From Schmidtea polychroa (lineage: Eukaryota): a stretch of 64,000 nucleotides of DNA. The notes beneath the pieces are model-generated. The model was not told where the DNA came from. It saw only the letters and a program-made list of their open reading frames with translations, and did not search any database. The translations under genes and the position numbers were made by a program. Positions 14,263-26,700 of the stretch are shown one piece after another (within the stretch, counting starts at the first letter, position 1; each line of letters begins with the position of its first letter). Location: positions 67,580,001 to 67,644,000 of the forward strand of contig CM097885.1 of NCBI GenBank assembly GCA_044892525.1, written 5' to 3'.

Positions 14263-14791
14263 GTTTTGTAATGCATATGTTGCTGACGTATATATCCGTC
14301 ATAGTCACTTAAAAGGTTAAATAAATTAATTCAGATATCTAACTTAAATATTTTATAAATAGTTTGTTTTTGAAAAAGATATTTCTGTCATTTTTTAAAC
14401 AAGGGGCTTTTAGTTATTTTCGTCTATGGTGCACAATTACATCCAACCGGCGCCATCCTTAGTTTTATCAATAATAATTCCTAATAAATTCTTATTAAAT
14501 ATTATTCTTTAATTTATCTCCGATAATTTTTAAGAGTAAGGTTTTTAAAGGTTAATGATAACAAAAATTTTTTATTAATTTTTAATCTGAAAAATTAAAT
14601 TGGAAATATTAAAATAAAATTGTCTTGAGTTATTAAAAATTGAAAGCTTCAACTTAGAATTATAAACAATCCACTTAAGGGGTTCTAAGTCTGATATAAA
14701 CCATCATTAAATATTACCTATATTATTGACAAATCTTAATTAATGCCATTTGTTTTAACAATCATAGTGTTAATACTTGAATTTTTAGAAA

Positions 14792-17700
14792 ATGGAACTA
14801 AATGTAAACTTTTTTCATTTCTTTAGTCATTATCAAAATATTATTTTATCTTTTATGAGCTATTGGATGATATTTATTGGTTTTGTTACATTTTGCTTTC
14901 TACTTAAATACAATGCACCATACGGTCGGTATTCAAATTATTTATTCGATTTTCACATACCTGCGAAATTAGCATGGCCTTTAATGACTATTTCCCCGGT
15001 TTTGACATTTGTTGTTTTCCTATTTGTAAAAGATTATTTTGATGTGAGAATCTTCAATTATTTTTACTTGTTATATTTTATTCATTATTTTAATAGGTTA
15101 TAATTAATTTTTGGTAATGTTAAATATTACAATTCTTATTCTAGATCGCTGATTTATCCAAATCTGATTAAAAATAGTCAACCAATGCCATTAGTACCAT
15201 TTGCACTAGCTTTTGTTTTTCATATATACAACAGTTGTTTGCAGCTTATTTCAACATTTAATAGTCAACCGTCTTTTGGATTTGTCAATATAATTGGTAA
15301 GATAAATGTTATTTTTAATTTCAGTCTAAAATATTAAGTAAAAAAATATTTTGCATTTATAAATTTTATGATGTTAGACTTGTAGTAATATTAACGTACT
15401 TATGCTTATGATCCCTTACTATACTATATTAATACATAAATGATTATATAAAATTAATTTGCAAATTAAGTAAGGGTAATCTAAATTTCCTTTCTACATT
15501 CTTTTGATGAACAAAAACTGCATTGTCCGCTTCGGTGTATTTTTCGTAAATGTACCTCAGTATCGCAAATACAACCTACAAATGTTATTTCGTCTTCAGT
15601 TTATGTTCGCAGAAATAGTTGTTTGTATGTTAAAGTACTGATTCCCAAAGTGGTCCACGTCGACAATTATCATAACCCACTACAAGCATTTATTTTTTGA
15701 TTAATTATTTTATGTAACAGATACTAAATTTTAATTTGGTTCGTTTTAATTTTAATTTAATTAATAAATGTGTAAAACTTCTTGTTTTTTTAAAGTTTTT
15801 CACACTTCACTTAATTGGAGTAAGAATTTAAATCTTTCAAAGTGAGTAGCACCATACCAACTGCCAAAAATACATTTGAAGTTGATGAATTTGCAAAAAT
15901 CAATATCAGGTAAGCAGTGGTCTACCAAAAACCGAAAAACAGGCCAAGGGGTCCACGAGACAAAACAGTTTGGGAACCTCCGTGTTAAATTTTCACTATT
16001 CATATATTATATTGGTCAAAGACAAAAAAAGGTAAAAGACAAATAAGACTAACCGACGGATTATTGGCTCTTTAAATAAACGCTCATGCTTGTCATGTTT
16101 CGACCAGTGTACCCATAACAACAGTCATGTTGGTACTGCACACTGTCCTTGAAAAATAGGTGGCAGGCGACCTGCTCCCTTACACCTCCCCCACCCATAG
16201 GTTTCTGGTGGGTTCTCAACGGTCGTTAAAATGTCTTACGACCAAATAAAAAAAAAATCACTTTCTCATCAAGGTGGTAATATTTGACATATTACTCAGT
16301 TCTATTAATTACCCCGGTCGCTCCCGTGTCATTTAACTTAATCACTTTAAAATGAAAATATCAAGACAGCAAATTATATTGATGCGACCAAAATATTCAT
16401 TCACAAACACCAAAATTTGATCACCTATATTTAAATCGAGAGTCTTCACCAGCCATTTTGTTCGATATCAGTTAAATTTCAACTGTCAATATTACCATTA
16501 AGACTTTGTGTATGTAATATCTGTATAGATGTATGTTTTAGAAACCCCTTCCAAGGTCATAGTGGTTGTAAATATTGCTGGGGCACCACTCAGTTGACCT
16601 TCCTTGATTTACGCTTAGCTCTAAGGGATGATTGCCCATTTCATAAAATCACTATTCCCTTGTCGACTTCGAGTAGGACCCCACATAATTTATCCTACAA
16701 CATGGTACCCGTGGATTGCTCCACGTTGGAACTGTACCACGCTGGCGAGACGTCAGTAAGCAGGTGAGCTCCTGCCTTAGAACTACTCCTTACTGAGGCC
16801 TCGACTTCTCCCCATGCGACTGCCGATAGAAGGACTTACGTCTACGTACGCTGTCAATCTTCCTTATGGCACGACGAATGCACATATATCCCGACATATT
16901 AAACTAATAAGCTTTCGTTTTTACACAGTTGTTAGCTATTTACCATAAAAACCCAATCACCAAAACTACAATTTTATTACAATATTATAACGTTGGACTA
17001 TACACATTTAAACAGATCACTATCGTCAGGGAGAGGATCGATGAGAAGATAGGATAGTCGAAGCATGTCAGACAATGATCGGAAAAGAGTAGTTCACTAC
17101 AGCTGTTCATTTCTCCCATTCGGTATCTTTTAGTAGTTCGTCCAGGTCAAAAAATTCACTGGCATTTTCTTCCCACGTTACCCCCGTGGCTGCGATGATC
17201 CGCGCTGGGACTCCGGTGGTTAAGTCAATCGAGAGGTGGGAGTTGGTGGTAGTGATCGGATCTCCCGCTGGAGGGTTACTAGATACTACCGAGGCTCGTT
17301 CACGCTGCCTCCTCTTACGCTCGGTCCTCGTGGGTTGCCGGCGCTTAGGTTTCGCGATTGGCCGATTCCCCTGCGGCTGAGTCGATGCAGGTGGGACATT
17401 GGGCTGCGCTTTACTAGTCCCTATGACGATAACATCCTGACAACCTGGTGAGAGTTCAGCTTCCACACACTCAGGACAGGACCTCTTGAATGGGGACGAC
17501 GTCTTCGCCGAGGTGTCGTGGTGCACCGGGAACAGATTATCGGCTTCCTGGATGGGGATTTGCACAATTTTCTTCGTCGTTGTCGCGTGCACATACACCT
17601 TGTGTAGTGCCTCGGATTGCTCTTTAATCAAGCTTCGTTGGGAGCGGCTCTCGGAGATTAGAGCGTCCCGGCAATGTTCGCTACGATGAAGCTTTTTCTG

Positions 17701-20700
17701 CATCTCCTTCATTTGCACTGGGCTGAACCATGTGCCTTCCAGCTCGTCGATCTTCCGCTTGTATCGACCGATCTGGGCTTGTAGATCTTTTATCACTGCA
17801 TTTTTGTCTGCGCAGGAGAAGCAGGGTCGTAGTACTGACTTATTCTGTGATAACATGTCGGATGGCTGTAACGAAGAAAATTAAGATAATGATACGTATA
17901 ATCGTCAGTTAGCTATAAGGGTCTATTTGGCGTGAGGTACCTGGCAAGAGGAAGGGCAAGATGAGTTAATGAGATCAATTCTCTCCCTGTATAGTCGATC
18001 ATCACAAGTTTATCTGTCCTTTACCCAATTTTACTCCTTGGATTTCTCCTTTTCCGTGCACCAAGGTAATTCACCAAAAAGTTATCTTACGGCTGTTTAG
18101 AAACTATCTCTATATTTTTACTTTAGTTTAATTTATTATTCCCCTTAATTGATTTAACTTTGTTTATTAATTATTCTATTTTACCCCCTACTTGAGTTAA
18201 AATTTTGAACGAAACACACTTAGTAAAAAGTCTATGCTCTTACCGCATTTATCGGTCCAAGTTCATTTCGAAAAAAAATTTCCATCATCCCCCCTCCGTT
18301 GGCATCTCACAATCATCACCTAAATATGCCTTTTGTACGATCATCAGAAGTCTATCATACTGTAATGATATTCGTAGATACAGGAAAATTTATTAACTTA
18401 TTAAGTTTTTAGTATAATCCATAGTTTGAGTAGGATCTAAGAAATCTAAATTCAATCTTCTCATGGGAAGGAGAAATTTCACGCTAGAAAAACTGGCAAA
18501 TTTAACGATGTGGCTAAGGTTGTGATTATCGTTTACTATACTTGGTTGGACTATAACAATCCTCTACATCGGTTTAGGAAAAGGTTCTATCATTTGGTTA
18601 CGAATATCTCTCGTTATTATCAAAAGGACATCACACTGATATATTCATTTATAATCTAAGTTACGTAATTTAGGAAAATTAATCTCAATGAATGCACTTT
18701 AAAAGGGGTCTCATATTTAGCGGAATAATTGTAGAGCAGATGGCTTATCTCTTTACTGTCATATCTCGGTAATCAATACTTGTGAATGACCCACTTGGGC
18801 CCTACTACATGCGAGTCATTATCTGATGCACATGCTTATTGCTGTTCGTTTCTGCTCACTACTTATCGGATATAATGCCGTGTGAATTGAAGTTCCTCGT
18901 GTTCATCAACTATCTCTTTCATGGGCTCTTATCTATTCGTGAGTTAGTTAACGAGCCTCTTATCAATGCATGCACGTAAAGCAAAAAAAATATTGGATTC
19001 ATCCTACCGATTTGGTAATTTCTCATCAACCCGTTTCGTAGATCTGATCAGTATGAATTGAATGTTACCTATCTGCACGTTTTTACGTTAGAAAAAAAGT
19101 TCGCGACGCTGTTACGACCGGTTAGTTCACACAACACTCTGAAACGGGATTCTTGTCTAGCTTTTCCTACTGTTGGAAATTATTACACTTCCTGCGGTAG
19201 ATGTACCAGATGCGAGTATGCCTCAAGGATGAAATGAAAGATGACTACGAAAAATCTAAATCAACGATGGAACTGTTCACGTGGCGGAAAGCTAAGTTTA
19301 CAATCGTGATTTAACTAAAATGTATTATGATGTCTTAATTTGTTATTGAAATTTTCCTTCACATCTACCGTGATAATATTTCTAATTGAAAGTAATAGTG
19401 CTATCGATCGAAGTAGTTATTTTCCGAGTGACTAGCGGTTAACTCTCGCACAAATTCGGTCTCGAACCAAGAATACAGCCAGTGGTTACGTTGAAGGTTC
19501 CGATTTTTAACGCTCACAACCTTTTTCCAGAGCTACTCAACGTCTGTTGACCTTGCAAAAACAGATAAAGTGTCCACCTCAATCACTGTGTATCGCATAG
19601 CTATTCTACTATAAGCCTGAAATTAATCTTTCGATCAAATTCCTGTTACTCAAATCAGATTTTTGGTCGCCCTCAGCGATTGAACCCGTGAAGAAACCTT
19701 CACCTGACGGCCCATTCTCGCTGCGTGATTGAAACGATGTACGTCCAACGATAGAGCTCCCGAAGGCACCTCTTGTCATGAACGCCATCCATCTCAACGC
19801 CACGTTTCTCAATAAATTTCATATTCATAAAATAGTCATACACATAAATCATGAACTCCTACAATAAATCGTTTATTTATGAATGATTATTACATCGAAA
19901 TAACTATTTAAATAGAAATAAATAAGTAAATAAATAAATAAATTCCTTACTGGGAAATCAAATGAAGGAATAAAACTTCTTAAGTTAAGAATTTAATCAT
20001 TAAATAATTGCTCATAACACTTAATAATCTAAAGAAGAAAATCGCCTTACTGTAGTTAATGAATCGAAGTTTGTGAGCTGAGTCGAAAATTATACGCTAT
20101 CTCTCTGCAACGTTGATTTAGTAGAGTACGATACTGTTGTTCCCTCGAATTATGATTTCCTGTTGAATGCGTTGAGTAGGTTTCGTTGATTCTTGAGTCC
20201 TGATTGTCTATATCTGTAGTAATTTTGAAATTAACAGTGAATGTAATGGGTCTTGTGTCTGTATATATAGTATTTTTGCGTGTATGCGGACCAATCAGAT
20301 TTGAGTACCGCTTATTTTAATTATTTAATTTATTTTTTTCTGTTTTATGATTATTTTCCCTTATTTTCTTTGTTTTTATTATGTTTTTCTATTTATTTCC
20401 TTAACTTCCTCATTATTTATTAAATTTCCTTCCTTTTGTTGGTTGATCTATTTTCCTATTTCTATTTTCTTATTTTCTTATTTTGTTTTAATTCTTATTT
20501 TTCTAATTCTTATTTTTCTTATTTCTTGTTCCGTTTTATTCTTAAGTTATTTATTTTGTTTTTATTTTCTTTAGTATCTTATTTGTCTTACCTTCTAAGT
20601 TTAAATTTCCTAAGTTTACATTTTCGACGTTTAAATTTTCGACGTTCGACGTTTAAATTTTCGACTCAGCCCAACAATATAAATATAATACATGTCCACT

Positions 20701-23700
20701 TTTACATTTTGGAAAAGTATAACTTAGTTAACACTGCATTATAAGAGATGAACTGTAGATGATCGAGAATAACGACCAAAATGAAAGATCAAAACAAATT
20801 AAATTGTTTGTTCGTGATTCGTTCAAATCTTTCAGTTAGAGCCTTACTCACTCGAACTGCGAATCATTGAGAAGAATAAGAGAAGAAAATTCTGATAATC
20901 TTAATAATGCAATGCCGGATTCAGAACCGATGATCAAATCACAACAAAGTGAAGGACAAATCTGAATATGAATTAAGACTGATGAGACTAATATTTTCGG
21001 CCTCTCGAAGTAAATGATCGATGTCGAACTTCGGTAAATTTTCCTCTATCCAGGGAGTACCCACGACTGGAATGACATGAAAAGATTGAGGTTTAGTTGC
21101 GAGAAATTCTGCCGTGGCTTTCTCGTGGTTATCCACCATCACTGCTCCCACTTCTGCTTGCTTACCCCCTTTACGTTTGGACCGTTCGGCGCGGGTCAGC
21201 GATTTCCCTTTTGGCTTAGTGGTTGGTACCACGAGGACAGGAGAATTTCTAGGCACAGTCGATTTGATTGGTTCGTGAATTGTCTTGATATAGATTACTT
21301 CATGAAATGACGAGGGGGTTGAGATTTCTCCATGATTCAGGCAAATGGTTTGTTTCGGCGGGCTCGGACCCTCAGGGTGATGATGTTCTGGGAAGATTTT
21401 GGTCCGGTCAGCCACTGGTACTTCAAGAATCCGCTTTCTCAATTCAGATTCGGAGTATTGGGGGGGCGCTTGTGATGAGTAGGTACAAGTGTGCTCCATG
21501 ACCCATCGTTAAACAAAGACATGACTCATAACAAAGAACATGACGTATACCCGCCCATCCAATAAGTAATAAATGACGTCATCAATGACTCATCACACAT
21601 GACTCACACTTATAACTAATCAGTGGTGACTCATCAAGGGTAACTCATTTCAATGTTACATTCAAATTTTTAAAGGATCAAATTATGTCAACCTTTATGG
21701 ATATCATTCGAAAGGTCTTGATGAGCACTATTCAATGGTCATATCCTCGAAGGTTTAAGGTGTATCCTTAACCTTCAACATTTTAAAAACTATATAATAT
21801 AGGTGTCAATCGAAAGGTAATTCAATATGTAGTTCAATAGTCTAAACTACCGCAACGTAATATTATTGTCGATACACGTGTTAACATATTGGAAGTAATA
21901 ATTACAAAAACAATGCAATTTGAATGTAATATTAACAAAAACCCTTCAATTCATGTGCAAACTCAAACAATTACTAATAATAATAATACATAGAAAAATT
22001 ATAAAAAATTTTTCGCATAATAATAATAATAATATAACAGATTAATACATTTATTAAAAAAATCCATGTTATTCATTATCATCATTTAAAAACCTCCATT
22101 AAGTATTTGGTAATTACTAACAGCAAACGTACATACTAATATGTACTCGTAGACATTTAGTGATTTTTCTTTAAATTGTTATTATAAATTAGTTAAATAG
22201 TGAAGCTATATCACTATTATCAGAAACATAAACTTTAAAAAACAAACAGCAACGACAAAAGAAAGCACATGTAGTGGGCGTATACTGATCAAAAACTGCG
22301 GGAGATACGCGAGTGACGTGTTTTGAAATGTTATTATAGTTAATTGGACAATAATCTCCGCTGTGTAGCAATTTAAAGCAGAGTCATTGATAAAATATGT
22401 TTTGGTATCAAGCAAAATCGTAATCAAATTATATAATAGTCGCTATTTATTGTTTTCATCTATATCTGTAACTATATACAATTTTATCTTCTGGAAAAGT
22501 TATTATACACACCAAACCTTAACATATTTTTGTGTTTATAATTAACAACTGAGATATTTTTATATTTCAATAATAAATTTCTGTCACTGGGCTGAAAAAT
22601 ACAAGTTCATAGTGACAAAATGATAGAGTAATATTTTGGATGTTGGTGTAACCTGGAACCTAGATCTAGACTAGAGGTTTTTAATCTTTTTTAGTAGCGT
22701 AGTACTATTTTATATACTTCGCAAATGCGGAGCCTCAGTATTAAAAATGAGTTTAAAATTACAGATATTCACACTATTTTTTTTATACACAGATACACTG
22801 AATTTCAAAAAAAAAATTATTCGTGTTTATTCATTTATTCTTTCATAAACGTTAGAAGCACCAAGGGTTTTTTCCATGACTATTCGATTAAGATGTTTTT
22901 TAAGAAATTCAAAATGGTTGACAGGAGGGAGAATATTTTTTACTATTCGATAAAATCTTTCATTGCTTTGAGTATGAATATGAGACTGTAGATCAGGGAT
23001 GCACAAAGTGCGGCCCGCGGGCCACATGCGGCCCTTTTGAATAATTTGTGCGGCCCTCATGTATATTTATTTAATATATTTATTTAAATATTTATATAAA
23101 AAATTTCCAGATTTAATATAAATTACATAAATTTAATAAAAATTGCACAGATTTAATAAAAACTCTAACTACAAAGTATTTGTTTTGTATATTTGTTTGT
23201 ACCAAGCTAGAATTCAAAAAATATTCGCAAAATAAATATTTATTATTGTGAAGTCAGATGGTTAAGCCGCGGAAAAACATTACAAAGATTTTCTGATTTG
23301 TTGGAAGAAATTGAAGTGTTCCTAAATGAAAAGCAAAAGCCTTTTCAAGAGCTTTCTTATGACAGGTGGCTTTGCGATTTTGCATTTCTTGTGGATATAA
23401 CCACGCATCTAAATATTCTCAATTTAAAGTTGCAGGGTAAAAATCAATTTATTTCAGAAATGGCAAACCACATGGAATCATTTGAAAACAAATTAACTTT
23501 ATTCCAAAAAAATCTAACGGATAAAATTTTGCATCATTTTCCTACATGTCAAAAATATTTTCCGCGACACTCCGCGGACTATGATTTTTACATAAGTAAA
23601 ATTCAGTTACTGAAAAATGTTTTTGAATCAAGATTTGCTGATTTCAAAAAATGAAAACTGATTTCCAGCTATTTGCTGATCTGTTTTCAGTTAATATCGA

Positions 23701-26700
23701 TGAAGTTAATCAAGATATCCAATTAGAACTCATCGATTTGCAGTCATCAGATCAGCTTCGTAATAAATTTAACGAAAGCGATCTTCAAAATTTCTATAAA
23801 TGTTTACAAAAAGTGTCATATACTAATTTAATTCAAAAAGTAGCATACATTGCATCTTTATTTGGTTCAACATACTGCTGGGGTGTTACTCGTTTGACTA
23901 CCAGTAATCCCACTTCAGTCTAGGAGATGAGTGCCCATTATGATTATACTTGCCGTCACTTTGTCAACCCTGAGCAGAACCCCACATAACCTGCTATCCA
24001 ACATGGTACCCGTGAATTGCTTCACGTTGGTACTGCACCATGCCGGCGGGACGCCAGTAAGCAGGTGAGCCCCTACTTAGGACTACTCCTTACTGAGGTC
24101 TCGACTTCCCACTCTCGACTGCCGATAGAAGGACTTACGTCTTAACCAAACTCTGACTTCCTCTTTCTACCTTTGGTTGGATCACGGCTGACTAATATTT
24201 CTAGAATCTCGAGAGCTTTCCACCCTTATCATTATTGTCATACTAAATCCATCACACATGAAACAATGAAAACTCAAAATTATTTATTATTATTGTTATC
24301 AGACATGTACAACATTTATGGGTTATATATACCCGAAAAACATCAAGACGAGAAAAATAATGAAGAAAACTCGATGATTTTTTAGTTCGACTGGTTTGCC
24401 ATACGACAGAGTTATCCTACGAGAGCCTTTTCATTTCTCCCACTCTGTAGCTGCTAACAACTCCTCTAAATCGAAAAACTCGGAGGCATTCTCCTCCCAA
24501 GTCACTCCAGCAGCAGAAATAATTCGTCCGGAGATCCCTGACGTTGGATCCGTTGTCACCGAAGGAACACTGGCTTCACTTATGAGCTCCGTTGGTTGTA
24601 CGTGCTGCTTGGCGGTTATTCGCTCACGCTGTTTCTTTTTGCGTTCGGCTCGGGACAACTGCCGACGCTTTGGCTTTGATGTCGATGGGTTAGATTGAGG
24701 TACAGTGGACACAGAAGCTATCGCAGGAGGCGCTTGACTTGTTCCCACATAGATGATGTCGGGTTGTTTTGGCGAGAGCTGTGTCTCTACACACCCTCTA
24801 CACGACTTCTTAGGAGGAGGCGACGAGGTTGAGGAAGTGTCATGGTGTGCCGGAAAGAGGTTGTCGGCTTCATTGATTGGAATTTTTACAATCTTCCTCG
24901 TGGTTGCTGCCTGTAGATAAACTTTGTGCAGTGCTTCGGACTGCTCCTTTATCAGGCTTCTTTGGGAACGGCTTTCGGAGATCAAAGCGTCCCGACAATG
25001 TTCGCTACGATAGAGCTTTTTCTGGGCCTCTTTCATCTGAGCGGGACTGAACCAGGTCCCCTCTAATTCGTCTATTCTCTTCTTGTACCGCCCAATCTGG
25101 GTCTGTAGATCCTTGATAATGGCGTTCTTATCCGAGCAGGAGAAGCAAGGACGCAACGCGGGCTTGGCAGTTGGTATCATGATCACTATAAAGGTAAGAT
25201 GGAGATGTAAAATATACAAGATTCAAACTAAAGTGAACATAACTGACTGGCTACTCGTGGATACTTGACAGACAAAAAAGGGAAGAATCTATTTTACATT
25301 CCGGTTCTACTGCATAACTTATTTACAGAAAAATTTTATTTAATTAGATGTCATTGACTTGACGAGTGCAATTGATTCTAATTCCCAAAATTCTTTAAAT
25401 AAGGGTATGTGATTTCTACTGAATTCCCTTTTCACTCAATCGTTACACTATATCGGCGCTGATTACTTTCTCAAAAACTCTCCCCCCTTTTATATTCTAC
25501 TAGTCTAATTTTATACTTGAGGGTTTGTAATGGTTAATAATATTATAGTTATGATACTGATAATGTAATATAATAACGCTTTAGTAATAATGATATTATG
25601 ATATTCAATCAGAATTTTGTAGATTATTTATTTTAATTTATCGAAAAAACATACATTTCGCTAAAATAACTAGTTTAAAATCGTCGCTATCCTTTAACAT
25701 ATTTAATTCGTGGTTTACTGGCAATTGCACTTTAATGATTTTCGCGTCTCTACTGATTTTACTGTTAATTTTGTTATCTGCAATAACTACTCTTTACCTG
25801 AGAGAACGTCTGAAAATTTTCAACATATGTGTAATGATCTTACGTCAGCTGTTATCCTAACACGCTTACTTTACATTATCTCGCAGAGACGGAAAATTTC
25901 ATCGGGCACGACATATGTCAAAATTCGCTACTGCTGATGATGACTAATTGATTGCATTATCTACCTCATGTGGGTACTATTACTCGTGGCTACTATGCAT
26001 GCCTATCTAGTACTCTGTGTGCCTGTCATACGGACTCTCGTGTGCTGTTACTGCTACCTTATCTCATTTGCTTGGTATGTGCCATTTTCACAGAGATTTT
26101 ATCGTTCCTGATGTCGCATGATTTTTACTGAACAGTGGTTTACCGGAATTATAATTTATGCTACTGTCAGGTCTCATCGTGGAATTTTTATCATCACCAA
26201 CTCGTGTGAACCATCACCATCGTTTGGAACTTTATTGGATATCTCAATGATTGTTGAAGGAACAATTCTACAAAATGCTGAGGTTTTATTACTCCCTACG
26301 CTACCCTAAACTCAGATTTTCTTATTCGGATGGAATATCGTCTCAATGAAATCTACTCTTAGCCTTTCACAATTTTTCCCTCAGACACTATACATTCGGA
26401 AATTTGGGTAGACATGGTGATGAGCTGGCTTTCTTTGTGAAAAATAAATGTTATCAGATGGATTTTTGTGGTATTTTATATTTTTATAATTTTTTGAATT
26501 ACTTAATTTTTTTGGAATTTAATAATATTTTGGAGTTTTAATATAATATACATTCTGAACGGACTTATAGAAATTGAGTGTACGACAACAAAATTTTATG
26601 CTAAACTATTGTTACGGAGTTCGGACAAATAGAATTTGCAATACTTAATTTGGTAGAACTATGTTTTTCAGATGATGTACACTATGAGGCGACACTAGAT

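Larger units (their letters stand above)
16576..20676 (-). mobile_element. 4.1-kb TG...CA unit 1 (candidate giant solo LTR)
   Basis: Starts TGCTGGGG, ends CCCAACA. Perfect 4-bp TSD ATAT (16572-16575, 20677-20680). Same module order as units 2 and 3. Confidence 0.85.

Noticed and set aside
16679-16843. Motif A or B as a hammerhead, HDV, twister or pistol ribozyme, or as U1/SL RNA
   Set aside because: No CUGANGA/GAAA core, HDV catalytic motif or Sm site was found by eye, so it is left unassigned.
25181-25219. Longer start (MYILHLHL...) for orphan ORF copy 2
   Set aside because: It lies within the polypyrimidine/acceptor tract. The ATG at 25180 matches the paralogues' length and position.
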